A DNA stretch of 64,000 nucleotides from a virus. Below the pieces are notes generated by a model. The model saw only the letters and a list, made by a program, of their open reading frames with translations. It was not told the DNA's origin and ran no database searches. Where the stretch lies: the IMG/VR virus record IMGVR_UViG_3300020177_001482, positions 1 through 64,000 of that record; one strand, written 5' to 3'. This document shows, piece by piece, positions 37,925 through 46,038 of the stretch; positions within the stretch are counted from its first letter, which is position 1, and the number at the start of each line of letters is the position of its first letter. The position numbers and the translations under genes were made by a program.

Positions 37925-38237
37925 CATAGAACCAATCAAAGAGAAACTGGACGACAAGATTAAGAAGTTGAATTCTTCTCGGGTCATAAAGAAAGTGACA
38001 CCCAAGGGAGATCTTTCTTGGTACGTGAAATGGGTCTCGGTGTTCTTTATATTGGTAGCGACGGCGGCCAGGAGTGTTGGCACCATCCCACACATAGACA
38101 TGTGGTTCGGATTAGTGGGCACCGTAGGATGGGCATGGGTTGGATACCTTTGGCATGACCGGGCACTGTTGTTCCTTAACGCAATACTAGTCACACTATT
38201 GATAATAGGACTAATGAATTACTACTTTGGAATATGA
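37905..38237 (+). CDS. small membrane protein
   Basis: SWYVKW...WHDRALLFLN; three TM segments. Confidence 0.65.
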   Translation: MNNTPNNIEPIKEKLDDKIKKLNSSRVIKKVTPKGDLSWYVKWVSVFFILVATAARSVGTIPHIDMWFGLVGTVGWAWVGYLWHDRALLFLNAILVTLLIIGLMNYYFGI

Positions 38238-38698
38238 GCGAGGAAGTCAAAAAGAGTTACTTCACCACAGGACAGATGCGTAACGCACTGATCCAGATCG
38301 AGGACAAGATGGTACACTCAAACTGGATGCCCAACATCATACTTGGGATCAACAGGGGTGGTTGCATACCAGGAGTATATCTCTCACACAGATTGAAAAC
38401 TGCACACGAAGTTCTGGATATAAGATTGAGGGATCACACTACCAAACCTGACCTACGCACATTAGAAAAAGCATTCGCTTTCCAAAAGAAAATACTGATC
38501 ATAGACGACATTAACGATTCAGGGGCAACTTTCCAATACATACTAGACAACTTTGGCAAACGTGAGGACAGGATAAGATTCGCCGCACTGATCAACAACA
38601 AGCCTAGCAAAGTCAAAGTAGATTACCACGGTTACGAGATCAACAAGGACGAAGTGCCCGCTTGGATCGTGTTCCCATGGGAAGACTGGGACAAGTAG
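38234..38698 (+). CDS. purine phosphoribosyltransferase (Gpt-like)
   Basis: GINRGG, ILIIDDINDSGAT and WIVFPWE motifs. Confidence 0.88.
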   Translation: MSEEVKKSYFTTGQMRNALIQIEDKMVHSNWMPNIILGINRGGCIPGVYLSHRLKTAHEVLDIRLRDHTTKPDLRTLEKAFAFQKKILIIDDINDSGATFQYILDNFGKREDRIRFAALINNKPSKVKVDYHGYEINKDEVPAWIVFPWEDWDK

Positions 38699-38711
38699 AC
38701 CAAAGGTTGTA

Positions 38712-38740
38712 TTGACCTTATTCCAATAAACTGCTACAAT
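38712..38740 (+). promoter_or_regulatory. sigma70 promoter of yhhQ
   Basis: TTGACC-17nt-TACAAT with TG. Confidence 0.65.
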
Positions 38741-38773
38741 TACGGACATTTAAATTAACCTATAGGAGATTAA

Positions 38774-39382
38774 ATGTTCAAAAACGTAGACAAATCAATG
38801 CTGATGAAATTGGTGTTACTGCACGTTGTGGTGATCACTGTTTCAAATGCGTTAGTGGCTATCCCAGTAGAGATACTTGGAGTCAAACTGACGTGGGCGG
38901 CATTCACATTCCCATTGGTCGTTATAGCCACTGACTTGACTGTAAGACTATTGGGCAAACACATAGCCAGAGCCACAATCGCGGCGGCGTATCCATTAGC
39001 AATAATCGGATCCATCGCAGTAGTGTTGGCGGAAGGCGCACCACAATCGGTTGCTTTAAGGATTGGTTTCGCAAGTGCCACTGCTTATGCTATCGGTACG
39101 TTACTTGACGTGTACGTATTCCAGTACATCAGGGAATCGAAGACATACGGCAAGAACTGGTGGATGGCACCAGCGGTATCAACTATCGCGGCCAACATAA
39201 TCGACACTTACACATTCTTCGCAGTTGCATTCAACAACAGCGCCGATGAATACATGGCGGCGAACTGGGTTGAGATCGCGGGATCGCAGGTGGTGTTGAA
39301 AATCATAGTGGGACTAGTTGTGTTCTTACCAGCATACGGATTATTGCTGAACAGACTACAGAAGACCTACAAACTCAAATAA
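38774..39382 (+). CDS. yhhQ: preQ0/preQ1 transporter (Vut_1)
   Basis: SNALV, TWAAFTFP...TDLTVR, RIGFASATAY, LDVYVF and IDTYTFF motifs. Confidence 0.88.
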   Translation: MFKNVDKSMLMKLVLLHVVVITVSNALVAIPVEILGVKLTWAAFTFPLVVIATDLTVRLLGKHIARATIAAAYPLAIIGSIAVVLAEGAPQSVALRIGFASATAYAIGTLLDVYVFQYIRESKTYGKNWWMAPAVSTIAANIIDTYTFFAVAFNNSADEYMAANWVEIAGSQVVLKIIVGLVVFLPAYGLLLNRLQKTYKLK

Positions 39383-39388
39383 TCAGTT

Positions 39389-39409
39389 GGGGGAGTTTTA
39401 TGCTCCCCC
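39389..39409 (+). other. GC-rich hairpin after yhhQ (possible terminator or processing site)
   Basis: GGGGGAG-TTTTATG-CTCCCCC; no U-tract. Confidence 0.45.
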
Positions 39410-39411
39410 CA

Positions 39412-39441
39412 TTGACTTCTCATCTAAATATCCTATATAAT
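39412..39441 (+). promoter_or_regulatory. sigma70 promoter with embedded TAAATA
   Basis: TTGACT-18nt-TATAAT; TAAATA at 39425. Confidence 0.6.
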
Positions 39442-39465
39442 AAAGAATAGGAAGGTACAAAATTT

Positions 39466-39861
39466 ATGACAAACAAAGCAGGAAAAATCTGGGGCGAAAC
39501 AGAACTCATATTAGCAAACAACTCATTGGAATTCCACAGGATCGATTACAAGAAGGGCGGGGTATGTAGCAAACACCTGCACGAATGGAAGTGGAATGGA
39601 TTCTATGTGATGAGCGGACAGATGAAGATCAGGGTGTGGCAGAAAGACTACGACCTCGTAGATGAGACAATATTGAATCCAGGAGACTTCACTGCTGTGA
39701 AGCCAGGACTGTATCACAGTTTTGAAGGTCTAGAAGACGGCGTGGCATTTGAACTGTACTGGGCCAATTTCTCGGTTCATGACATCCAGAGGGAATCTGT
39801 TGGACATCTCAAGGATGTTGACGGTAAAGTTGTCAGACTAGACAAGAACAAGAAGAAATAG
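39466..39861 (+). CDS. cupin protein (sugar isomerase-like)
   Basis: KIWG, CSKHLH and PGLYHSF motifs. Confidence 0.75.
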   Translation: MTNKAGKIWGETELILANNSLEFHRIDYKKGGVCSKHLHEWKWNGFYVMSGQMKIRVWQKDYDLVDETILNPGDFTAVKPGLYHSFEGLEDGVAFELYWANFSVHDIQRESVGHLKDVDGKVVRLDKNKKK

Positions 39862-40010
39862 TGGCTGGTAATATTTCTCCTGACAATAAATGGAAAATAA
39901 TAATAGAAGACAACAAGGTCGTCTGGATTGAGTTGACTGAAGACAAAGACCAGTATAAAATAGAAGAACTAGTTGAAGCAACAAAAAAGATATTACCAGA
40001 GATATGGTAG
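39861..40010 (+). CDS. 49 aa hypothetical protein (not in ORF track)
   Basis: GTG overlaps the upstream TAG; open frame ends inside the queE start region. Confidence 0.5.
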   Translation: MAGNISPDNKWKIIIEDNKVVWIELTEDKDQYKIEELVEATKKILPEIW

Positions 40011-40903
40011 ACGAAAAGAAATATTACTATTCAGAGATATTCCATAGCATTCAAGGCGAGGGACACTACACAGGCGTTCCAACCGCTTGGATAAGATTCT
40101 TCCTTTGCAACTTGCAGTGTAGTGGGTTTGGACAGGAGGATCCAACAGATCCAAGCACATATGAATTGCCATTCGAAGACTTTGATGTTGATAGTGTAAA
40201 AAAAGTTGAAGACTTACCCGTATGGGAAAAAGGCTGTGACAGTTCTTATACATGGGCAAAGAAGTTCAAGAAACTGATGGGCCACGAAACGCCTACGGTA
40301 CTAGCAGATAAAATCGTGGACATATTAAAGACAGACACAAACCAAAATGGATTGTTCCTACATCCAAACTCTAGACAACATCAACACTTGTGTTTCACAG
40401 GTGGAGAACCTTTAATGATCACAGGACAGGCGGCGAGCATGGGCATATACAGAGAACTTGAAAGACAGGCCAACCTGCCGAGTTCTATGACGTTCGAGAC
40501 CAACGGCACACAGAAACTTACAGAGCCATTCAAACAATGGGTAAAGGACATTCCAGAAGAGATATTCTTCAGTGTGAGTCCCAAACTGTTCACTGTATCA
40601 GGTGAGAAGACAGCAAAAGCGATCAAGCCTGAAAATGTAAAAGAGTATGCAGAGTGTAGCAACAGAGGACAACTTAAATTTGTCGTGGGTGCAAGTAGAA
40701 GAGAGTGGGAAGAACTCGAAAACACAGTAAAAAAATTCAGAGAAGCAGGCATAGATTGGCCAGTATGGATAATGCCCGTGGGAGCAAGGGAAGAGGAACA
40801 GACAGCGGGTGCAGGCAAGGTGGCAGAAGAGGCATTCAAGAGAGGATACAATGTATCTGCGAGAGTACATGTGTATCTGTTTGGTAATGCAATTGGCACA
40901 TAA
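40004..40903 (+). CDS. queE: 7-carboxy-7-deazaguanine synthase (radical SAM)
   Basis: EIFHSIQGEG, CNLQC...CDS, TGGEP, ETNGT and SVSPK motifs. Confidence 0.9.
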   Translation: MVDEKKYYYSEIFHSIQGEGHYTGVPTAWIRFFLCNLQCSGFGQEDPTDPSTYELPFEDFDVDSVKKVEDLPVWEKGCDSSYTWAKKFKKLMGHETPTVLADKIVDILKTDTNQNGLFLHPNSRQHQHLCFTGGEPLMITGQAASMGIYRELERQANLPSSMTFETNGTQKLTEPFKQWVKDIPEEIFFSVSPKLFTVSGEKTAKAIKPENVKEYAECSNRGQLKFVVGASRREWEELENTVKKFREAGIDWPVWIMPVGAREEEQTAGAGKVAEEAFKRGYNVSARVHVYLFGNAIGT

Positions 40904-40906
40904 TAA

Positions 40907-40935
40907 TAGACGGAAAGGTAAAAATACTATATAAT
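40907..40935 (+). promoter_or_regulatory. sigma70 promoter, leaderless geometry
   Basis: TAGACG-17nt-TATAAT, then 6 nt to ATG 40942. Confidence 0.65.
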
Positions 40936-40941
40936 AATACT

Positions 40942-41274
40942 ATGAAGGTGAAAAAAACAGCAAAGACAACTATTAAGAAAAAAAACACAAAAGGTTCTAA
41001 GAAAACGAAGAGCGAAGAACCGATCGTTAAGGTGTTGAACTTGAATGTGAATCCCGAAAACCCAAGGAACGGTTTCTTCGAACTGGATTGGAACGACGAG
41101 TTCGTGAACATGCTAAAACAATCTGGTTACGAGGGTGCAAGTGAAGAAGAGATTGTGGACAGGTGGTTCCAGACGTTGTGTAGGACCATAGGCAATGAAC
41201 AGGGCATAGACGTCACTGGATCTGGCTACGTTCAGATCAACAGGAGAGACGATGGCAAGACCGAAGTCGGTTAA
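40942..41274 (+). CDS. hypothetical protein
   Basis: GFFELDWNDEFV...IVDRWF. Confidence 0.7.
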   Translation: MKVKKTAKTTIKKKNTKGSKKTKSEEPIVKVLNLNVNPENPRNGFFELDWNDEFVNMLKQSGYEGASEEEIVDRWFQTLCRTIGNEQGIDVTGSGYVQINRRDDGKTEVG

Positions 41275-41935
41275 TTCAAAGATACTAATCAGTGGTTGTG
41301 GCATATCATACGGCAAGAGCGAGAGACCTACCTGGGTAAAAATTCTGAAGATTTGTGGACTTGATATTAAAGATCTGACAGGTCCTGGAATAACAAATTC
41401 TCTTATCTTAAATTTGCTAATAAATGAATTGCACCAGAATACCTATAGCCATGTTATATGTCAACTCACGCAGTTGGGTAAATTAGATGTAGAATTGAAT
41501 GATAAAAACAGACCATTGATGGAAAATGATAGTTTGAGAAATTACTCTTTTGGAAAATACTGGCCTAGTAGTTTTAGCACAGATCATGTTTCTAAAAAAA
41601 TGTTTTATGATTACCTTTACAGTCCTGGCATTGAGGAACAAGATTTAATAATAAAGATTCTATTTCTGCAGGAATTGTGTCGTAAGAAGAAAACTAAGTT
41701 GTGTATATTTCAAGGAACGAGGATAACATGGAAAGACCCACTGCATAAAAAACTTTTACTGTGGAAAGATTTCATCATGAAGGAGGATTACGAGAAACAT
41801 GAAACTTACAAATTTCATGATAAGACCAGTAAAGTTATTACCCCAAATAAGTTCTATCAAATTTATTTCGCTAAAAAAATTAATCAATTTTTTATAAAAG
41901 AAAATATACAGACAAAATTGGAAAAATTTAAATGA
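41252..41935 (+). CDS. SGNH-like protein, degenerate
   Basis: ISGCGISYG block resembles the paralogs at 57049 and 62929. Confidence 0.45.
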   Translation: MARPKSVNSKILISGCGISYGKSERPTWVKILKICGLDIKDLTGPGITNSLILNLLINELHQNTYSHVICQLTQLGKLDVELNDKNRPLMENDSLRNYSFGKYWPSSFSTDHVSKKMFYDYLYSPGIEEQDLIIKILFLQELCRKKKTKLCIFQGTRITWKDPLHKKLLLWKDFIMKEDYEKHETYKFHDKTSKVITPNKFYQIYFAKKINQFFIKENIQTKLEKFK

Positions 41936-42651
41936 AACCTGTTTATATACTTAATGTAAGCGGAGGGCACGGACATTTCCTACAATGGTTACTTGATAAG
42001 TTTTGTACCGAAACTCCAAGTATAGAAAAAATACCATTCAATAATCTAGGAGCAAGTCATATAGGGTATAAAAAAAGTGGCAGGTTTATTTTCATAGACG
42101 ATCCTGAAACTGAAAGTTTCCTTAGAAATAACAAAAACAAAAATGCCATAATGATCACTATAGAAAACGAAATTCTTTACTGGGAACGCTCTTGTATCTA
42201 CAGAGCAGGTGATCAAGGAACAGATCTTTTTGATGAAAAATCTATAAAGAAATTCCTCACTATGTATGGTTCACAATTTCCTAAATTGTGTGAAGATAAA
42301 AAAATATCAATCAAAGAAGGATACAAACTGGCCTTTCAAGATTTAGATAGATCAGGGGCAAGAGTCCACGATACAAAACGTAAAAACTTTATAGGAATAG
42401 AAAAAAATGATGTGTATTTCCTTAAACTAGGTGCTTTCCTTGATTGTAACCTATTACGGAGTGCTTTGATTGACATAAGCAATCATTTTCAGTTTAATAT
42501 TAATTTGGATTCGTTTGAAAAAAATTATCAGATCTGGCACAACAAAAATACTATTTTACAATCCCAAAAAAACGTGTACGGATGTACAGAACAAGAATAC
42601 CTAAAATTAGACATATTACAACAAGCATATGTTGACGCACAAAAGAAGTAG
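41932..42651 (+). CDS. hypothetical AT-rich protein
   Basis: SGGHGHFL loop, possibly sulfotransferase-like. Confidence 0.55.
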   Translation: MKPVYILNVSGGHGHFLQWLLDKFCTETPSIEKIPFNNLGASHIGYKKSGRFIFIDDPETESFLRNNKNKNAIMITIENEILYWERSCIYRAGDQGTDLFDEKSIKKFLTMYGSQFPKLCEDKKISIKEGYKLAFQDLDRSGARVHDTKRKNFIGIEKNDVYFLKLGAFLDCNLLRSALIDISNHFQFNINLDSFEKNYQIWHNKNTILQSQKNVYGCTEQEYLKLDILQQAYVDAQKK

Positions 42652-42660
42652 TGCTATAAT
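42632..42660 (+). promoter_or_regulatory. sigma70 promoter of rnh, leaderless geometry
   Basis: TTGACG-17nt-TATAAT with TG, then 6 nt to ATG 42667. Confidence 0.8.
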
Positions 42661-42666
42661 ATAACA

Positions 42667-43656
42667 ATGACACACATACTTGTAGACACAGCAAATACGT
42701 TTTTCCGTGCTAGACACGTAATCAGAGGTGACACTAGCGAAAAAGTGGGCATGGCTATCCACATCATGATGAACTCCATTAAGAAAGCATGGCAGGACTT
42801 CGGGGGTACACATGTTGTATTCTGTCTAGAAGGCAGATCGTTCCGTAAAGACATATACGCACCCTACAAAAGGAATCGCAAGGAAATGGCAGATGCCATG
42901 ACCGAGAAAGAGAAAGAAGAGAATGTAGTGTTCTGGGAAGTGTACGATGACTTCGTTGACTTCGTTAAAACGAAAACAAATGCCACAGTTCTAAGGAACG
43001 GCAGAACAGAAGCAGATGATCTCATAGCAAGATGGATAGACAAACATCCTGACCAGCAACATGTTATCATAAGCACAGACAAGGATTTGAATCAGTTGAT
43101 CACACCACGTGTGAAGCAGTACAATGGTGTAAACGAGACCACACTCACACACGAAGGTTGGTTTGACGCAAAGACGGGCAAGCCTGTGATAGACAAGAAA
43201 TTGAAAGCACCCAAACCTGCACCAGACACGGAGTGGATAGTGTTCGAGAAGGCCATGAGGGGTGATCCCAGTGACAACATATTCAGTGCATACCCGGGTG
43301 TGCGTACAAAAGGCACCAAGAACAAGATTGGCCTGCAAGAAGCATACGCAGACCGTAACGAGAAAGGCTACACATGGAACAATCTCATGTTAAGCAAGTG
43401 GATAGACCATGACGGCAACGAACACAGGGTACTAGAAGACTACGAAAGGAACAGGGCACTAGTGGATCTACACGCACAGCCAGAGGCCATCGTGGAAGAA
43501 CTTGATCAAACCATTGCACAGGCCAAGGCAGAGAACAAGAGCGTAGACCAAGTTGGAATCAGATTCATGAGGTTCTGTGGCAAGTACGATTTAAATAGGA
43601 TTAGTGAGCAGGCACAACTGTATGTTGAGCCTTTTAATGCGAGGTTAGTATCATGA
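42667..43656 (+). CDS. rnh: T4-type RNase H / 5'-3' flap exonuclease
   Basis: LVD, YKRNR, EADD, STDKD and GDPSDNI motifs. Confidence 0.9.
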   Translation: MTHILVDTANTFFRARHVIRGDTSEKVGMAIHIMMNSIKKAWQDFGGTHVVFCLEGRSFRKDIYAPYKRNRKEMADAMTEKEKEENVVFWEVYDDFVDFVKTKTNATVLRNGRTEADDLIARWIDKHPDQQHVIISTDKDLNQLITPRVKQYNGVNETTLTHEGWFDAKTGKPVIDKKLKAPKPAPDTEWIVFEKAMRGDPSDNIFSAYPGVRTKGTKNKIGLQEAYADRNEKGYTWNNLMLSKWIDHDGNEHRVLEDYERNRALVDLHAQPEAIVEELDQTIAQAKAENKSVDQVGIRFMRFCGKYDLNRISEQAQLYVEPFNARLVS

Positions 43657-44156
43657 CAGTGAGAGCAAAGACCCTAGTCAAGGACAAATTTTGGATTGTC
43701 GAGCAAAACGGCCAAAAGTTAGGTACCCTTCAGAAACAAGAAGACAACGGTTGGATATTCCTCAGCAAACAGAAGGACAAGGAGGTGTTCCACACGCAGG
43801 AGAGCCTGTTCACAAAGTTTGGATTTGGAATGTTTGATGAATCAAATAATAAAAAACCAGAAGAAGAGGTGCAAATGGACAACTTTGATGTTCACGGTTA
43901 CCCTTGTAGCCAACATCCTTACAATCCAATGTTCGATGTTCAGAAACAATTACCCGTTTACACAAAGACACCAAAATCAAAAAGCCAATTCTGTGCAGGT
44001 TACTACATAATCTGTTTTGAAAAGGGATGGAGGAAGGCATACTGTCCAAAAATGATAACACTTTCAAGGTACGAATACAAGGGTCCGATGACGACCAAAC
44101 TAGAAATGCAACAGATACTAAATGACGCAGTCAAACAATTCCAAGATTCAAACTAG
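43653..44156 (+). CDS. hypothetical protein
   Basis: YTKTPKSKSQFCAGYY...CPK. Confidence 0.7.
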   Translation: MTVRAKTLVKDKFWIVEQNGQKLGTLQKQEDNGWIFLSKQKDKEVFHTQESLFTKFGFGMFDESNNKKPEEEVQMDNFDVHGYPCSQHPYNPMFDVQKQLPVYTKTPKSKSQFCAGYYIICFEKGWRKAYCPKMITLSRYEYKGPMTTKLEMQQILNDAVKQFQDSN

Positions 44157-44382
44157 ACCCATAGAAGATCTCATAGGCAGGATCAGGACCCTACGTCAAA
44201 AGGGCGAAAGACAGATCGTGATCCCGGCCAAAGAAGCAGGTCAACTGGCGGACAGCCTCACACAGGTAATGACACGTATGGTCACAATACAGGAAGAGAT
44301 CATCGAAGCACTTAAAACAGCCAAGGAAGCACAGACCATTGACATAGAGATGGATGGCGGTGGTTTTGGGGATGAAAAATAA
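44122..44382 (+). CDS. hypothetical protein
   Basis: C-terminal MDGGGF. Confidence 0.65.
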   Translation: MTQSNNSKIQTRPIEDLIGRIRTLRQKGERQIVIPAKEAGQLADSLTQVMTRMVTIQEEIIEALKTAKEAQTIDIEMDGGGFGDEK

Positions 44383-45157
44383 TACAATCAAAGTAATTTT
44401 TGATAACGATATTGATATCGATTATCATCTGAATGATACTGAATTGTCAAGATTATGGGCAAGAAAGATCAAACACCTACAGAATATACCTATCGATCCG
44501 GTTGAATCATACCTCGAAGACGTATCAGACTTCAAAAGAATATACCAGGAATTCTGTGAATTTGCAAATATTGAACCAATAGATATCGATAATCTCGATC
44601 AGAACAAGTTAAATCAACTGCACAGAGTATATGAAGAACAACACCAGAGATTATCTCGCCTAAAAGACAACTCAATACTCTACAAACTACATCATTCTAT
44701 ACATTTCCATGAAGGACATACCACAGACGATCAAGGCATTTTCATAGGATGGGGCAAATATGAAGGACCGCTGACACATGAATACAAATGCCACAGCCTC
44801 TACGAAGACAGCATCATAAAAAATCACATTTACCTGCCATGGTCCGAGCTTGGCAAAAGACCACTAGCATACTGGAAGGACAAGGAACCCAATGATCAGT
44901 ATAGATTCAATGCCCTAGCAAAACCGCACACAACGTTCAGGGCTAAATTCTTCATAGCAACCAAAGATATCGCCCCTAGACCGTTTAATTCAGACTTTGT
45001 AACCTGGTTTGATAGATACAAGCAGGGATGGCTCGAGCATAATAAAATAGATGGGTGGGAAAACATACACGAGGATTCCGCCCCGTTGTTGGCCATTACT
45101 GATTACAAAGGCAATCTTGAGGGTTTAAAATTTAAAAAAATAATCATTAACAAATAA
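44372..45157 (+). CDS. hypothetical protein
   Basis: LNQLH...IHFHE...ELGK; start moved to ATG 44372. Confidence 0.6.
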   Translation: MKNNTIKVIFDNDIDIDYHLNDTELSRLWARKIKHLQNIPIDPVESYLEDVSDFKRIYQEFCEFANIEPIDIDNLDQNKLNQLHRVYEEQHQRLSRLKDNSILYKLHHSIHFHEGHTTDDQGIFIGWGKYEGPLTHEYKCHSLYEDSIIKNHIYLPWSELGKRPLAYWKDKEPNDQYRFNALAKPHTTFRAKFFIATKDIAPRPFNSDFVTWFDRYKQGWLEHNKIDGWENIHEDSAPLLAITDYKGNLEGLKFKKIIINK

Positions 45158-45251
45158 CCATATCAATAGGTTGCAACGATGACATCCACGCCCGTCCAAT
45201 ACTCACGCACGATCAGATTTTTGGTAAATATACATAGTAAAGAGTGATTCT

Positions 45252-45539
45252 ATGAGTAGACCAAAACCCACAGTGTTGTTACAACACAGCAATAAAGCCA
45301 CATTCAAAATGGACGAGGTCCTGGCGGCCGAGGGAATCTGGGCGGTGTTCTACGATGGCAAACCCATCAACTTGAAAAGTTCAAGTTTGGTCGCCAACTA
45401 CCCGGGACCAAAGTACAAGAAAGTTTCATTCTCAAACCCAGGACACGCAGAGAACCTGGCCATGAAGTTGAACGCACAGCACAACACAGACAAGTTTGGT
45501 GTTTACCTTTTAAAATCCGGCGACAAATTCACTAGATAA
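45252..45539 (+). CDS. hypothetical phage protein
   Basis: MSRPKPTVLL...KYKKVSFSNPGHA; TAAATA at 45225. Confidence 0.7.
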   Translation: MSRPKPTVLLQHSNKATFKMDEVLAAEGIWAVFYDGKPINLKSSSLVANYPGPKYKKVSFSNPGHAENLAMKLNAQHNTDKFGVYLLKSGDKFTR

Positions 45540-45550
45540 TTAACTACACA

Positions 45551-45946
45551 ATGGATCGCAAGACAGCCTACACCCGGACCTTCCTCGAACTCTTGGAACA
45601 ACCCACTCACGACGAGAGCATAAAAACCAACTACTACACTTGGTGGCAGAACGTGAGGGAAAGTTATCAAGCACGATCGTTGAGATTGACCAAACCCGGA
45701 CTTGAAATGATTGAAAAGTTGGACCTCAAAACCTATGACATCAAATTCCCTGCGAAAGTCATATTCACTCCACAGACCTATCTCTGGTTGGATGAATTCG
45801 TTGACTGTCCATACTACGTTGACAAGAAGAAGATCATCGTGACCATGGAGAAAATGGCGCTACAACTGATGCTTTTCGCTGGAGATATCACAAAATACGG
45901 GCTCGCACGTGCGATGAGCAAGATGGACGAACAAAAAGATCAATAA
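45551..45946 (+). CDS. hypothetical protein
   Basis: WW...SLRLT...CPYY. Confidence 0.7.
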   Translation: MDRKTAYTRTFLELLEQPTHDESIKTNYYTWWQNVRESYQARSLRLTKPGLEMIEKLDLKTYDIKFPAKVIFTPQTYLWLDEFVDCPYYVDKKKIIVTMEKMALQLMLFAGDITKYGLARAMSKMDEQKDQ

Positions 45947-45976
45947 AACTGCGACTTTTTAGCCACATTTACCAGG

Positions 45977-46004
45977 TTGACGCCTAACACATTCCTGCTA
46001 TAAT
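45977..46004 (+). promoter_or_regulatory. sigma70 promoter of the MoxR/vWA pair
   Basis: TTGACG-16nt-TATAAT with TG. Confidence 0.75.
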
Positions 46005-46038
46005 CGTATTATAAACATTTTAAACAGGAGTGTACAAA

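Noticed and set aside
38699-38773. Possible preQ1 riboswitch upstream of yhhQ
   Set aside because: No preQ1-I stem with A-rich tail is visible; the region is explained by the promoter and SD. An Rfam scan would settle it.
39389-39409. Hairpin as a definite intrinsic terminator
   Set aside because: It lacks a downstream U-tract, so it is kept only as a low-confidence structure.
39861-40010. Gap before queE as a decayed queC or queD
   Set aside because: The 49 aa ORF shows no SGGxDS or His-rich motif; treated as a hypothetical protein.
45158-45251. 94 nt intergenic gap as a possible tRNA or ncRNA
   Set aside because: No cloverleaf, T-loop or strong stem seen; it contains only a TAAATA motif.
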